Of a stretch of 64,000 bases of DNA, positions 42,998 through 59,239 are shown piece by piece. The translations under genes and the position numbers were made by a program. The notes under the pieces were generated by a model, which searched no databases, was not told where the DNA came from, and saw only the letters and a list, made by a program, of their open reading frames with translations. Position 1 is the stretch's first letter; every line of letters starts with the position of its first letter. Origin of the DNA: the human T2T-CHM13v2.0 reference genome, Homo sapiens; assembly GCF_009914755.1 (NCBI RefSeq), contig NC_060940.1. The stretch is one strand, 5' to 3'.

Positions 42998-43276
42998 TGG
43001 GAGGTGACCAGGTCTTGGGGACCGAGCCATTATGAATGGGATTAGTGCCTTTATAAAAGAAGCTCAACGGAGTTCTTGTGTGCCTTCCACTATGTGAGGA
43101 CATAGAAAGAATGCACCGTCTATGAACCATAAAATTGGCTCTCATCAACACTGAATTTGTGAGCACCTTGACCTGAGAATTTACAGCCTCAAGAAGTGTG
43201 AAAAAAGAAATATCTGTTGTTTTTTAGTCACCCAGTTTATGTTATTTTGTTATAAGAGTCCAAATAGACCAAGATA
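42998..43276 (+). mobile_element. MLT1A-like fragment (copy 2)
   Basis: Paralog of 4438-4713. Confidence 0.7.
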
Positions 43277-44190
43277 TTCCGCTTAATATGTAGGGGAAGA
43301 CAACAAAATCTGCCACACTTAGAATACTCCTGATGCTGGGAGTATGAAAACAGGAAAAACAAAACAAAACTGCTCTTGAAGGTGAAGCAGGAATATCACT
43401 GAGCTCAACAACACAGCCAGGAAAAGAACAGAAGTGTGAGAAGGCTACATTCCTGAGACCCTGAGAAAAAGTACCTGCATAAGACTGAGATGAAATTAAC
43501 TACTCTAGTTATGATTGAAATCTCAAAAACAAAAGAGGGAAAAATAATGGAGAAAAAGAAATATTTTTCAAAATAACTGCCAAAAATATTCTAAAATAAG
43601 TGAAGGAAAATCAAACTTCAGATACAGGATACTCAGAGAATGTCAAATAGAACACAAAGAAATAAGAATTATATCTGGAAAAATCTTTAAAAAATCAAGT
43701 CTAAATTTTATATCTTGCTCCAAATATACAGAGATATAAATAGGTTATCATCAAGAAATGGAGAAAGCAATATCATGAAAACACTAAAATAAGGCTGTGG
43801 AAGGACTACATTGATATTAGACACAACAGAGTTCAGAACAAGAAATACTATCAGAGATGAGAGATAATAGATAATATAATTATTCTCAAGAAGATGTAAA
43901 CATCCTACTAATTAGGGTATGCAGCTAACAACAGAACCTCCAAATACATGAGGTAAAACAGGAAAGAAATCAAAGGTGAACTACAAAAATCAAAAATTAT
44001 ATTTGCAGACTTCAACACTTTTGTCTCAGTAATGGAAAGACTAGTCACAAACTCAGTAATCATGTGGAAGATAAGAACAACAATATCACCAACAAGACAT
44101 CCAATCTTCAATGGCAGATACTCTTTCTTTTCAAATGAAAAAAACAGTATGGCATATTATCTAACAAACCCAGAATTTCTAATATTTGCG

Positions 44191-44835
44191 TTCTTCCTTC
44201 TTTCTTTCCATCTTCCTTTCTCTTCTCTTCCCTTCCCTTCTTCCTTCTTTTCTTCTTTTCCTCTTCCTTTTCTTTTCTTTTTTCTTTTCCTTTCTTTCTT
44301 TTCATTCTTTTTGTCTCCTTCCTTCCTTCTTTCCTTCTTTCCTAATTCTGCCTTCCCTCCTCCCTCTCTTCCTTTCTCCCTCCCTTTTCTTTCTTCTTTT
44401 CTCGTATTCTTTCTTTCTTTCTCACGTTCTTGCTTTCTTTCCTATTTTCTCCCTTCCTCCCGCCTTCCTTTTCTTCCTTCCTTCCTCCCTTCCTTTCCTC
44501 TTTTTCCTTCCTCCCTTCGCCTCTTTTTCTTTCTTTCTTTGCCTTCCTCCCTTTTACCATTCTCTCTTCCTCCTGTCCTTCCTCCCTTCCTGCTTTCTTT
44601 CTTTCTCTCTTTCTCTCTTTCTTTCTCTCTCTCTTTCTTTCTTTCTTTCTTCTTTCTTTCTTGTGTTCATGCATTGTTTTTTCTCCCTTCCTGCTTTTCT
44701 CCCTTCCTTCCTCCCTCCCTCCCTTCCTTCCCTCATTTCTTCCTTCTTTTCTTTCTTCTTTCTTTCTTTATTTCCTTCCTTCCTTCTTTCCTTCCTTCTT
44801 TTTCTTTCTTTGTTTTCTTTTCTTTCTTTCTCTTT
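44191..44835 (+). repeat. CT-rich polypyrimidine tract (copy 2)
   Basis: Paralog of 5634-6273. Confidence 0.95.
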
Positions 44836-44925
44836 ACTACAATTCATATTATTTTAAAAAAAACTAAGAGAGGGAGACAGAAAAATAAAGAATGTTTAAT
44901 CTGCAGGTAAATATACTATGTCTAC

Positions 44926-45742
<817 letters not shown>

Positions 45743-46721
45743 TGTAATTTTATCATGAAAAAGAGAACCATAATTTACAACTGCTTTTAATACTGCACTT
45801 GGACGTTTGAAATCACTTAAATGGAAATGATCTCTATGTGCATGAGGGAGGATAGCAAATTGATGCCAAAATAATGCAAATGCAAATCTTACACTCATTT
45901 CTATGTAGGTTTCATTTAATCTTTGAAATTAAAATGAAATTAAAAGATTGTGATCTTTTGATGAAATTAGACTAAAATGAACAATAACAAAATAAGAACT
46001 TACTTATATTCTTTATATGGTCAATAAAGAAGTGATGGTGGAAAAAAACAAGATCAAATGAAGGTGATGATTTAGGAAGTTGGAAAGATACCTGAAACTA
46101 CAAAATGGTATATAACCAGTGAACACTTAGACACACTGATTGATGAACTTCAGCTTTTGGATTGGTGAGAGCATAAAATGAGAGCATCTGAGGTTTGCAA
46201 ATTTGTAATCTCCTTGTGGAAAGCCAGGGGAAAACACATCTCAGCCTAATAAGATTTATCTACTAAAGAGTCTAGACTTGATCCATTTGTCCTTGTAATT
46301 CAAAAGCTAATTCAAATACTGATGTGATGTATTGTGTGAACAAGCATTGCTGATTATCATCGCATACCTGGCATTCTCTTTTATCTGATATCTAAAATAT
46401 TTGGTAATTCCTGGACTTTCTCTTTTCAAACTCAGTACGATTTAATTTGAGTCTTAGAACAGTTGTCTTTGAGAAATTCTTCCCTCTACTGCATCTGTGA
46501 ATGGGCATAGCATGGTTACATACATACTGTCACTCCATAGAACATTTTTTAAATTAAAGCCAAGTTTAAAGCAAGAGCTTTAACTTACTGGTTTTACTAA
46601 TGTTCTCCTCCCCAATAGCCACAACAATATTGACACCCTCACACCTTTTAACATAAAGCTTGGTGTTGTCTATTTTTCAGGCGCTGTCATCTATATGATC
46701 TCAGTATTTTAAAAATCAGCT

Positions 46722-47029
46722 TCCAGCACATACGGTGGTTCATGCTTGTAATACCAGCAGTTGAAGAGGCTGAAATGAGAGGATTCCTTGAGCCCAGGAG
46801 TTCAAAAGCAACCTGGGAAACATAGCAAGACCCAGTCTCTACCAAAAGTTAAAACCAAAGAAAGGGGCATGGTAATGTGCACCTGTTGTCCTAGCTATTT
46901 GGAAGACCAAGGTGGAAGGATTGCTTGAGCTTGGGAGGCTGAGGCTGCAGTGAGAAGTGATTGCACCACTACACTCTAGCCTGGGCAACAAAGAAAGACC
47001 CTATTCCAAAAAATATGTATAATAAAAAT
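46722..47029 (+). mobile_element. AluJ-like (copy 2) with both TSDs intact
   Basis: TSD AAAAATCAGCT at 46711-46721 and 47030-47040. Confidence 0.9.
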
Positions 47030-48510
47030 AAAAATCAGCTCTCCTTGATTTCTATGTAAATATGCACAGGTGATGTCCATATAGACATAAATAATAATAT
47101 TTCTGACAATGGGTCCATATGATCTTCAAAATGTAAAATGCCTATCTGTGTAATTGACTGGTTAGTCTCATTAATGAATATAGATTCAATTCTAATTTCT
47201 TGTTCTAGATAAATTATATAATCTAGATTTTCATTTCAGTTATTTACTGATAACAATAGGAAGAATGACAAGATATCAATTTTGGAAAATTACTCTGGTA
47301 GGAGTAAAGATGAAACAATGATAGATTTGCATGGAAAACTAGAAAAAAGTATGGTCTTCTGATATTCTATCACATCACATACTAAAGGCCTCATAAAACT
47401 CACATATTTTAACTAAAAATGTTATTTTCATCATAGGAATGATCAAAGCATGAGACTACAATTGTATTAACATATGCTTGTATCACAAGCACAGATGCTA
47501 AAAAGGAGGGGAAAACATCATTACTGATATTTTCAACGTATGTTTTACTTTTCATCAACATGAACCTCAACTTGATACGATGCAGATTGAAGGAAATCAC
47601 CCATAATTCCATAGGAAGAAGGCCTGTGATATTTTATGGGAAAATAAATAGAGAAAATGCTAACAGAAACCCTATTAAGCATGAAGATTTATGGAACAAA
47701 CACAAATCCAGTGGTGAAAGATACACACTCAAGTTCTGTTTGTTGTCTTGGAACAATACAGTTTAGAGGTGACTGGTGGGTGAGGAGAACATATGCGAGT
47801 TCACCAAAGAGAAAAGCTGAATGAGGCAATGCCTCTTCCTGACCATATCTCTTACTCAGATAGGTATATAATTTATTGTCCAGTAAAGGGTATATTAAAA
47901 AATCATATTAAAAGTCATGCAGTGAAGTTGTCCAGGAAAATCAAGACTTAACAGTCTCACTCTGACAATAATGAACAGGGGGTTTCCCTCAAGATAGACT
48001 AGGACATGACCCCACACTGGCAGGTAGTAGTACCAGAAAATAACCCATGGAAAATCTTTACCTTATGCTTGAGGTAGGGACCAGGCTAAAGTGAAAGCTA
48101 GACATAAAATTCTATCTAAAATAAATCCACAATCGAAGAAAATATGTGGTGTACAGGCATAGAATGTCTTTACTGGATCATTGAAATAGTAAGATAAATT
48201 CAACATTTTACATTATTCTCTTTTCCTCCAGTTGGGGATTGAGGTTTGTCTCTGGAGAGTGACTGTCAATTGGAGCCCTGCCTTTCTGGGTTTCTGGTCA
48301 GGGGGTTGTGGATGCTTAACATGTGCCTTTCACAGGACACTTCCTTACCCCAGCAGTGGCCAGGTGTGCATCCCACGACCAGGCCTCCCTCTCACAGAAC
48401 ATCTGTTGAGACTAGGAGAGGCCTGGTGACTGTTGCCTGACCTGTGTCCTGTGTATTTCTGACAAGAGCCACTCTCAGAGACCTTGGCCAGGAGGAGAGT
48501 TAGGTTCCAG

Positions 48511-49410
48511 TGTAGGTCAGCTCAGACCATGGAGGCCACAGAACCAAACATGGGAAATCACAGAAGTAGGTTTATTACTCACAGATCCAGAGAGAAGAGG
48601 GTAGCTGAGAAGAGGGTTTAGCTGTGACCCTAGCCAAATCTCATCTTGAATTCCCACATGTTGAGGGAGGGAACAGGTGGGAGGTAATTGAATCATGGGG
48701 GCAGGTCTTTCCCATGCTGTTCTTCTGATAGTGAATATGTCTCACAAGATCTGATGGTTTTATAAAGGGGAGTTTCCCTGCACAAGCTCTCTTGTCTTGT
48801 CTGCTGCCATGTGAGACGTGCCTTTCACCTTGTGCCATGATTGTGAGGCCTACCCAGCCATGTGGAACTGTGCATCTATTAAACCTCTTTCTTCTAGAAA
48901 TTACCCAGTCTTGGGCATGTCTTTACCGGCGGTGTGAAAATGGACTAATAGAGTAGCACACCTCATAGGGCTGAACAAAATGGGGAAGATGAGTGGGGAG
49001 CAGGAGAGAGAAAAGGAGTCTGTGGGACTCCAGCCTTTATTAGGCCCAGAACATTACTCAAATAAGTTTTCCACGGGGCACTAGTCGGTGGGGTGAGTGC
49101 CAGCAGGCACATTTCTTGACTCCTGCTGCAACCAACCAGGTCACTCTGGCGTGTGGGGGATGTCCATGTGTGCTGTGAGGTCTGTGAGGTGAGTCAGGTA
49201 GGTTGTATCCAATGGTTCCAGAGCTGGTAATCACCAGGAGGAGGCAAATGTGTAGGGTCAATATCTGGGCCAGCCACACTGAGGAACTGTGAGGGTTAGA
49301 ACTGGAAATTGTCAAGGGAATCTGAACCCAGCTAACATATGAGAGAGTTCAACTTATGTTCAATGTGAATGCCATGGCAATATTAAAAGGTAAGAATTCG
49401 CTCCATATGT
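48511..49410 (-). mobile_element. Older ERVL-type LTR hosting the THE1 insertion (family uncertain, MER74/MER54-like)
   Basis: LTR-like sequence continues on both sides of the THE1 TSD; GGTTTATTACTCACAGATCC poly-A-region motif on the minus strand. Confidence 0.35.
48606..48952 (+). mobile_element. THE1 (THE1A-like) complete solo LTR (copy 2)
   Basis: TGA...GGACTAATAGA flanked by exact 5-bp TSD GTAGC (48601-48605, 48953-48957); TATAAA at 48761-48766. Confidence 0.95.
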
Positions 49411-51275
49411 GTTTGAGGTAAATAGGAGAAGTCTAGAATTTATGTAAACAGTGAGAAAATTGGATGGGTTTTCCATCACATATTTTAATACTAGCAGCAT
49501 ACTATATATGTCAATAAATCAGGCATTCAGAAATACATGCTAATGAAAATTGTTTGCACCATCAGACAGAAGACAAGGGTAGAAGATATTTGTAAACCTA
49601 TACACACTAGTAAATTAAAAACAGAAGGACCTTTATGTCCTAACATATCTGTGTTGTGAAAGGCTGCCCTGTGAAATACGGGATTTCTTAAACATATTTT
49701 AAAAATCATAGGTGGCAATAATTTTTAGAAATCCACTTAAGTTTTCTCTTGCTATTTTACAATGCCTATTTATTTATTTAGTGGCTTTGCTGATTTTGAT
49801 GTATATCCTAAATTTTACATTTTCGTTAAAGGATGTTTTATACAACTTTCTGTATAATGTTTCAGTATCTTCACATTCTCTCCCTGTCCTTTTGTTTTGT
49901 TCTTATATGGTGGTCTTGAGTCTTTTCTCTGGCTTTTCAAACCTAGTAAGACTAAGACACTAAAGGAACTTTTCCTGTGGATTGGTAATGCCTTCTAAAG
50001 CACATCCTAAGCTCTCGTGCATATAGGGGTCTCCTTTGAGCTCTGTGCTTTTGAGATCCCATATACCTAAATTCCAGTACTCCAAATCAGTACTACTCAG
50101 TTTTAGTTACTAAGTTTAAAAATGTATTTTAATAGCAAGTTAGTTTAGTGCACTCTTGCTCCTTTCTTCAATGCTTGTATACATGCGTATTCCTTTAAAA
50201 GAATCTTGGAATTTATTTAAAAATTTTAAATTATGCTAATGAAACTGTATATTTTTGTGAATTCATAAGTGAATTTGGAAAGAATTTGTCTTTATGATAC
50301 TAAATCCTTTTTATCCAAGAATCATATGAGTCTTTATGTTTATTCCAGTCTATATTTATATCACTGAGTATATATATAGAAATGTAGATACATACTGCTG
50401 TAGTTATAGATACAAATATAGATATAACATGTAAATCTATATCTATCCCATATAACATATATACATGCTATAAGTGTGTGTATATATATATATGTTTATG
50501 TTATTAAAGAGCTCCCTTAAAATTTTTCTTTTATTTCCTATATAATTTTAGGTCGAGCTTGAATTTTCCTTGTATAAACAAGCAAATATTTATACTAGTT
50601 TTAATACTGATATTTAGACATTCTATCTTATTTTAGCATTGAGTATTTTCACAATTATTATAAATAATATCTAATATTAATAATGTACCTGTTAAAAATA
50701 TTTAAAATTTTACCTCTGAATTATTTTATTGTTGAATTAAAATTCCTTTAATATGATAGTAAATTTCTATTTTATGCTTTCTCTATGCATATGAAAATTA
50801 ATGTATCCACTTCTCTATCTCCAAGTAGTAACATACGAAAATCAGGACTCTCTTCTTCTAATGGACATACACATGTTTGCATATAGAATATCAGACTCTT
50901 TATAGCATTTAAAATCTTTAAAGACATGAATATTGTCTTCTAACAAATATATTTTAGCATGTACTGAGAATCCCCTATTTATTTTTAATTTGGGCTAATC
51001 AATATGATTATTAATATTATTGGATTACCAAATTTGGAAACACATTTTCATCCCCAAGGTGGATATTTGTTTTATTATTTTTCCAATACCTTGTCTTACT
51101 GTTTCAAACATTGTTGAATATTATTTTTATTTTATTTGGCATTTTATTATCAACATTTGAAATTGATGTACTCCACATATTTTTTCTTCAGTATCTGGTG
51201 GTTTTTATAATTACTGCTCTATTGGATTTGTAGTAGACATTGACAAAAATTATTCTTGTATGTTTTATAGCTGTA

Positions 51276-51818
51276 TGAAGGAAACTAATATATTTTACCC
51301 CTAAATATATTTCCTTGATAAATTTCAAAATGGCTATTAAGAAGGGCTGGAAATGCAAACATAGCTGCAAAGCTGTCTTGGGGAGATTTGCATCGGTAGA
51401 GAATCTGCCTTGATGCAGCCAGGCTTTCTCTGAGTTCTGCCCCATTGTCTGGATCTCGGAAAGCTTAAATGAGAGTCTGAGGTCTCCAAAGGTCTGAAAG
51501 AAACATTTTCTGTCTATCCTCTATGAGGACTGCTCCCAGTGAGATTCCACCTATGCAATAAGTCCACTTTTGCTAACCAGGGTCGTTTTCTCACACAACA
51601 TTTTTTTTTTCCCTGTGATCCAAGACCCCATTCTTTCTGTAAACTTCATGTGGTAGATAAGCTTCTGCACGCATCGTGTGTCTGGGTCTTCGTTCTAAGG
51701 GCTCCAGTGTACACACATTGCAGAAACCTGTATGCCTTTTCTACTATTTATCTGCTTTCTCTTAGTGATTTTCAGGGAAACTTCAGAAGGCAAAAGGGAC
51801 ATTCTCCATTAGCCCATT
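51276..51818 (+). mobile_element. MER39-like LTR (copy 2)
   Basis: Paralog of 12128-12670. Confidence 0.75.
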
Positions 51819-52003
51819 CTCAGACAAAATCCCCCAACATTTAACTGATTCCTAATAGCTTAAAATCACTTTGACAGATCCATATATTTATAAACTTTTC
51901 TTCCCTCTATGATTTCTGGTCAGCTTGGGTTTTGGTTTTCATTCCATTTACTTCATCCTCGAAAAGATCTATTTTACGTCTATTTATTCTCATTTATAGA
52001 CAT

Positions 52004-52456
52004 TGAGAAAAGGAAATAACTTTCATGTGAGAAATGCAAGTCCTTTTAAATAATCAGGCCCAGAGAGATATTCAAATGAGACAGCAGTTCTGTCCTTCTC
52101 CTCTTTGAGGTGTGTGTTCATCTAGGCTGCTTGCTGTTGCCACAGTAGCTATAAATTAACCAATAACGACACACCCGACACTATAATCTGCACCCAATAA
52201 TAGTGTAACAGTATATAGCCAGTCACTAATAAATGTTATTTCCATAAGCCAATGAGAATTTGTGACAAACCTCTTTGCATCATCCCACTTCTGGACCCTT
52301 TTTTGCCTTTAAGAAATTTATTGTTGCAAAGCTCCAAAGGGAGTTCATATCCAAGGATACTTGGGTCTGTTTCTTCCAGGTAGCTGTCCTCATTTTGGCT
52401 CAAGTAAACTCTTTGTATTACGTTTTGTGCTTCAGCCCCTTCCAAGTAGATTAACA
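52004..52456 (+). mobile_element. MER72/MER93-like LTR (copy 2)
   Basis: Paralog of 12856-13308; TSD ACAT retained. Confidence 0.7.
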
Positions 52457-52571
52457 ACATGGATTTGTGTCACCATGTACAGCAATTAAAATGTTTACAC
52501 TTTTCCCCTCGAGGGCACTGATGTGTTTTCCTGAGCACTTGGAATAGCTACGTAGTGTTTACTGTCTAGAT

Positions 52572-52766
52572 TATGGTTTCTCAACCTTGGTGCTACTTAC
52601 CTTTAGGACCAGAGGATTCTTTGTTGTGAGAGGCTGCCCTAGCAATGCTAAGTGTTTCGTTTGACCTCTATATTTCACACCTCCACCAGTCTAGACATCC
52701 CCACAATAACCCTAGACATTGACAAATGTCTCTTGGGGAGAACTCTCCACCAGTTGACAGCCAAAG
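52572..52766 (-). mobile_element. MER20 (copy 2)
   Basis: Paralog of 13424-13618. Confidence 0.7.
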
Positions 52767-53771
52767 TTCTGGAAATATTGGAATTGTCCATTCAGATTTT
52801 ATGTTATCCAAAACAAATACTTTCTTTGTTTTTAAACATCTACTTCCATCTACTTATCTACTTATTTTTACTTTTATTTGTAACTTAATTCCATCAAGGA
52901 GAGAGAGTGTATTTTCTGTTATGCTAAATTTTTGAAGAATGTATTGATTTTTTATGACCTGATATATGGATGATATGTAGATATTACATGTTTGTATTAT
53001 TAAATTTCAGCACGATAATAAAATAAATACTTCTAATATTTATATTGTCACTATATATTATTATTTCCTTTCTTCACTACAGGAGTTTTTCAACCTATAC
53101 GCTATTTTTCAATTCCAGGTTATCCTGTAGATTTTGAAATGTTATGATTAAATATCTACTTCTCAATGATTCATCTTTGCAAATGAAACAATCCCAAGCT
53201 CTTATAATGCACATCATATAAAGGGCAGATGAGTCAATATATGGTTCAGAAATAGTTATTTAATATTTATAAGAAAATGAAAAATATATGTCCTTAACTC
53301 TCATAACAATAATCCAAATTAAAATTTGATTTCATTACATAATTTAAAATGACACCAGAATACTAGTAAAAATGTACATAAGTTTATATAATCTTTTTTA
53401 GCTGTAGGACTTTATTGGCGTAAATTCAAACACAGGAACCGAAGTAAGATTGAGACCTATAGTCAACGGTTAAAATGTACACATTATAGGGGCAGGAATA
53501 AACTAATTTAAAGCACGATAACATGGAGAATTATTGCAAAACATACATTTGACTGAATTAATTGTTAATATCTAATCATTATGCGAGAACAAAATTAAAG
53601 AGTAGCTACACACGCACACACCCACACCCAAGTGCAATATTGTCAAATAAACGATGTTCAGCTACACTAGAAATCACACCTGTGTTTTCTCCACAGAAAA
53701 GATTAAAAATCACAATAATATTTATTGTACATATGGTGGTAAAGATACTCAAAATATTACCCTAAAATACA

Positions 53772-54054
<283 letters not shown>

Positions 54055-57000
54055 AGCTTTTTGACATATTTCAAAATGGCTACCCAGAAGACTGGAGATA
54101 GCTTCTTCTACAAGAATAGCTGAAAAGCTCTGTTTGTTGGGGAGATTTGCATTTGTAGAGAAAATCTGCATTGTTATAGACAGGCTTTCCCTGAGATACT
54201 CCCTTGTCTGGGTTTAGGAAATATTAACTGAGCCTGGCACGTTTACATTTCTAGAAACCATTTCCTATCCATACTTCCCAAGAGGAGGGCTGCTCCCTGT
54301 GAGGTTTCATCCATGTAACAAAACCACCTCTGCTGCCAGGCTCCTTTTTCTTCCTTCTCCTCACCTGTCTTCCGCAAAGCCTGATTTACCAACCTACAGC
54401 TCTGTGTTTTCTGTAACCTCAAGACAGCATAGGCGTGTTGACTACCTTGCCTTTCCTGGAGTTTTTATATATATAGTATATATTTGTATATCTATTTATA
54501 ATATACAAATATTTGTATAGATTTATTTATATATATTATGTAAACTCCAAGTGCATACTTGTGCACATATCTGTAAACCTTTTTTTCCTGTTAATTTGTA
54601 CATTATCAGTTTGGTATATAGACTCAAATAATTAAAGCTTCAAGGGAAAAATTTAAACTTTCCTATAGAGAAAAGACAAATATATAGGTGACAAATAATA
54701 TTTAGAGTGTAAGACGCTTTTTAAAGGTATATTTGCAATATGTGTCAAAACATTTAAATATACATTTGTTATTTTAACTATAAAATTTCAAATAATTTAA
54801 GCCAAATACATAGTATATGCAGAAAATTTAGCAATATATCTATGTAGCACCTTACTGTGCATTACTGTAACCAGCCGTCTGATATAAAGAATTAATTAAG
54901 GTAGCAGCTACTTTTCCAAGAGCTCATTTTTTTCACAGACCTATTAAATAAGAGAAATAACATTTAAACTTTATTTTTAAATTTGCAGAATAGTAGTTTT
55001 CAGCAGATGGTTTATTTTAGCAAATTCCATCTTCACATTGTGCTATGCTTTTATGAGTTCCAGCTGTTAACGGATCATATTTTACTGCTGAAACTATCAT
55101 GTGTGATATAATTGCTCATTATGTGCCTTAAAACACACGCAATATAATTCTTTTCAATTTGGAGCAAATCAAAATCTTATCAGCAATTTAAAATCTCTTG
55201 AGTCGTCTTCTTCTGGTTAATTATTTTAAACTTGTATTTTTCTCTTTATGTTTTTAGTGAGTTGTCTTATCAAGGAGAAGAACTCAAGCTGATTATTCTT
55301 TTTTTTTCTCTTCCATCCACCTCGCAGGTGTGTTCATAATTTCATTTCTCAGAAAATGTTCTTTCATATCCATCTTACAAGATGAGAGACCTTTTAACAT
55401 CTTCCATTCAGATGTGATACCAGTAATGGAAAATATTCCAGCTTCGTGAATATGGTGATACAAATAGTTATCCGTCTAACCTCTTTCAGTGCCAAATGTT
55501 TACTTTACTCAGTGAATTACTCAGTTGACTGGTAATTTCTTCTGAAATCACTAATGAGAGGATCAGAGGTCTGGCTGTTGTCTGTACTTCATATGACTCC
55601 CAGTGCAGACAATTGTTTCTATGGAGCACAGACAGTTGAAAGGATTGACTTCCTGCCTAGAATACTTTCTGCTGTGCTTCTTACCCTTCTTGTGGAGATT
55701 TCAGATTATATGAATTGCTTTTCTATCTTGAGATAAAACGCAACAATTCTCCCACCTGAGAGGAATGTAAACTGTAGTAAGTTAGCAGAACCAATCCGTA
55801 AAATTTTTACATTGTTGGTTGCAAAAAGCAGCGCTGGTGTCTCCATCACTAACCTTTTCTATCCCTCATTGCTCTTTCTTTGAATGCACTAGGATACCTC
55901 TAGGCAAATCTATATTCCCGAGACAGAGTGCCCTTTTGGTGAGCTATAAGCACACTCAATGGTAGGCTGAAATACTAGCTTTTATCTATGGCGAAATGGA
56001 ATCATATCAGTGATTTTTTTAAAAAGGAAATTTAACTCTTGCTATGGTTTGAATGCTTGCCCCTTCCAATCTCATGTTAAAATTTGATCCCCAATGTAGC
56101 AGGCGGGGCTTACTGCGAGGTGTTTGTTCATGGTGTTGGACCTTCATGAATGGATAATACCCTCCTTTAGAAATCTGAAGCTATCCTCCCTCCTCGGTGC
56201 CCTCAGGAATGAGTGTACCATTCTTTATTCACCTATAATTCCCCCATTCATCCTTTTTGAGATAATCATTACATGTATGTTACACTGCTGCATATTGTCT
56301 GAAGTATCAGTGAGTTTCTGGCTTTCTTATTTTAGTTTACCCTTTGTCCTTTAGTTTGTAAAGCTTCTACTTTTTTCTATAAATTTTCTGATGTTAGGGT
56401 AAAATCCATTACTTATTCTATCTCATGGAATTTTTATTTCAAATATTTATTTTTCATCTATACATGTCACATTTCTCATTTTATAACTTCTATTTTTCTC
56501 CTATGTTCAATTTTCATTTAAGTACCTTGACATATATATGTATTTATCTATATGTATTTATAAAATATATTTACTTTAAGGACGTTGAAATTCCCTTCTT
56601 TTCCGTCATTTATAAATGTCTTATTTTTATCCTGTTAATATATATCTTAATTATATATATTTTGCGGCTTCTTTGCATGTCAGAGATTTTTTTGTGTATT
56701 TTGATTTTATGCTATTGAATATCTAGATTTTGTTGGCTACCTTTGAACAATGTTGTGGCAGGCAGTTCAGTAACTTCAGGATGAGTATTTGTCTGTTGTT
56801 GTTTTAAATCTTCTCTTTAAACTTTGTGGAGTTAGTCTAGAGCCATCTGTAATTTGGAACTAAATGAACACTGTCACTAGGGCATGAAACTCCAGTGGTC
56901 TTTACTGAATATCCTGGAGGTACAGAGGGGATTCCCTTCTCTGATTAGAATTTGGAATATAAAGAGAAAAGAGAAAAATAGAAAGCTATGCATAAACACG

Positions 57001-57055
57001 TGCATTAAAATGAATTTTATGTGGGCTTTTTCATGAAAATATTGTTAAAGTATTT

Positions 57056-57272
57056 TATTTTTTTATTGTGGTAAAATACACATAACATAAAATGTGCTCT
57101 GTTAACCATTTTAAGTGTACAGTTCAGTGGTACTAAATACAGTCATAACATTGTGCAGCCGTCCCTACCATCCATCTCCATAAATCATTTCATCTTGTAA
57201 AACTGAAAGTCTATACCTATTAAACAATACTTCCCCATTTCTTCCTCCCCCCAGTTTCTGGCAACCATCATT
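57056..57272 (-). mobile_element. L1MB 3' end (copy 2)
   Basis: Paralog of 17908-18123. Confidence 0.8.
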
Positions 57273-59239
57273 GTACCATCTCTATAATGCTAATCAAGCA
57301 TAGTGGCTGTGTTTCTTGCTTCCTCTAGTCCGCAGGTAGCATACAAATGTAATAAACTACTTATTCATGTCACATCTATTTATTTTCTGCCTTTTACCAA
57401 GCTTGTGGGATTCTCTTAAATACAACATTTTTATACTTGCACCTATGCAATACCCAGTAGCATCGTCTTCCTAAATCAGGGGAAATTGAGCCTCTGTAAG
57501 GTGGAATAACTTCCTAAGATATAAAACTCAGCATTGAAGTCTGTATACTTCAATATCCTTCCCTCTTCACATTTGTCTTTACTGCCTTTTATGTATGTGT
57601 TAGATGTTCAATAAATTCTCTTTTTTAAACTGAATGTAAGCCGTGGAGCAGTGTTTGGTTGAACAATAAATATGATATAGGACACTCTTCCTCCCTTTCA
57701 TTTATGATCCTGCTCATGAAAAAGAGAAATTCTTTCATTGTGCTAGAAGCTTAAAATAATGAAAATGCCACTTTCTACATTAAACAGAAACTGAAAGGAA
57801 TCAAGGATAATTGCATGAGACATAGAAAACAAGTGGGAAAGAAATCTAGTATAATTTGCCCGTTGTGTACCTTTATTATTTTGCGTTTGAGTAAATGATT
57901 CCCCCAAATATCTTCCCGTCTTAATTCATGTCTCTAAAGTAGACATTTATGTCTCACCTTGTCAAGAAGGGCAAACTCTAACATAAACATTTCCCAAAAA
58001 TGCTTCCTGCTAAAACGTAAGCTCAGTCTGGCTAGAAATGCAGCTCACTTCATAAAGATTAATTGGTAGCTGATTTTGCATGCTGTTCTCTGAACTTGAG
58101 TGAAACCTGTCCATCAGGCATACAGGAAATGACGGAAAAGGTGACAACAGAAGATGAATGCTATGTCACTAACCTTCAAAGATGACCTACCTTTTCTTTC
58201 AAATTCTTGATATGTTAAGACTTCATTAATTCATCTCTCTTTGCCCTTGGTTCAACATTGTGCTATACCAAAACTGAAGTAAAACAATGATCTAATGTAA
58301 TAAAAATGGATTTTTCTTTCATGTAGGTGCAAGCTAACTGGCATTTTTACAATCCACATATTTCCTTTGTCAATTTTTCTTTCTGTATTGGAAGTAATTG
58401 ATGGGTATTTCTGAAGGGATGAAGGTGTTTCTGTGTTCATTGTGATCCAAACTATTTTTAGACCTAGGGCCATTTGTAAAAGAATTTGTGCCAGCTGACC
58501 AAGGATCACTGTGGCAGAAAGCAGCAAACTTCCATAAGATGTCACTGCCTCATCAGCTGGCTTTGAAAACTAGGGGCTTACTCTATAGTCTTATGAATCA
58601 AAGACATTGATAGATGTAATATAAGATTATAATCATATTTTCCTTTTGACAGTCACATTATAAAGCATGATGTATTGCAATTAATCTCAATTAGCTGATC
58701 ACAATGAAAATTAATAATGTTTATTATTCCTGATAAACAATCATGACTCTCCTCTTCTCAAATGTGCAAGTAATTCTTGTAATTTTAATATGTTTGCATA
58801 TTATTATTAATTGATTTAATCTCATTGGATTTGGTTCATGGATCCAATTTATTAAAATATTGATAATGGGATAATGATTTGTCTCCCCATTTCATGTACA
58901 CTAAAAACAACAATTCTTACAATGATCTGCAAGCCCATCATGATCTGCCACATGTTAACCGCCAAGATTCTTTATATCTTCACCCTTGGTCTTACCAGTG
59001 GTCCTGGCCACCTCAATGTCCTCTGGACATGCCAACAGGCTGCTGCCTTATGACCAACGCTCTAGTTAATTTCTTGGCTTGGAAAGAGAGTCCTCCATAT
59101 ATCCATTCATCAGCTCATTCAACTTCCTCAAGTCTTTACTGTAACTTTACATTCTCGATGAGGCCTAATCAGTATTTCAAACTGCCTCCCATCTGCAACA
59201 TTCCAAAAACCCTTACTCCTCCGTGTATTTGTGAAAGGA

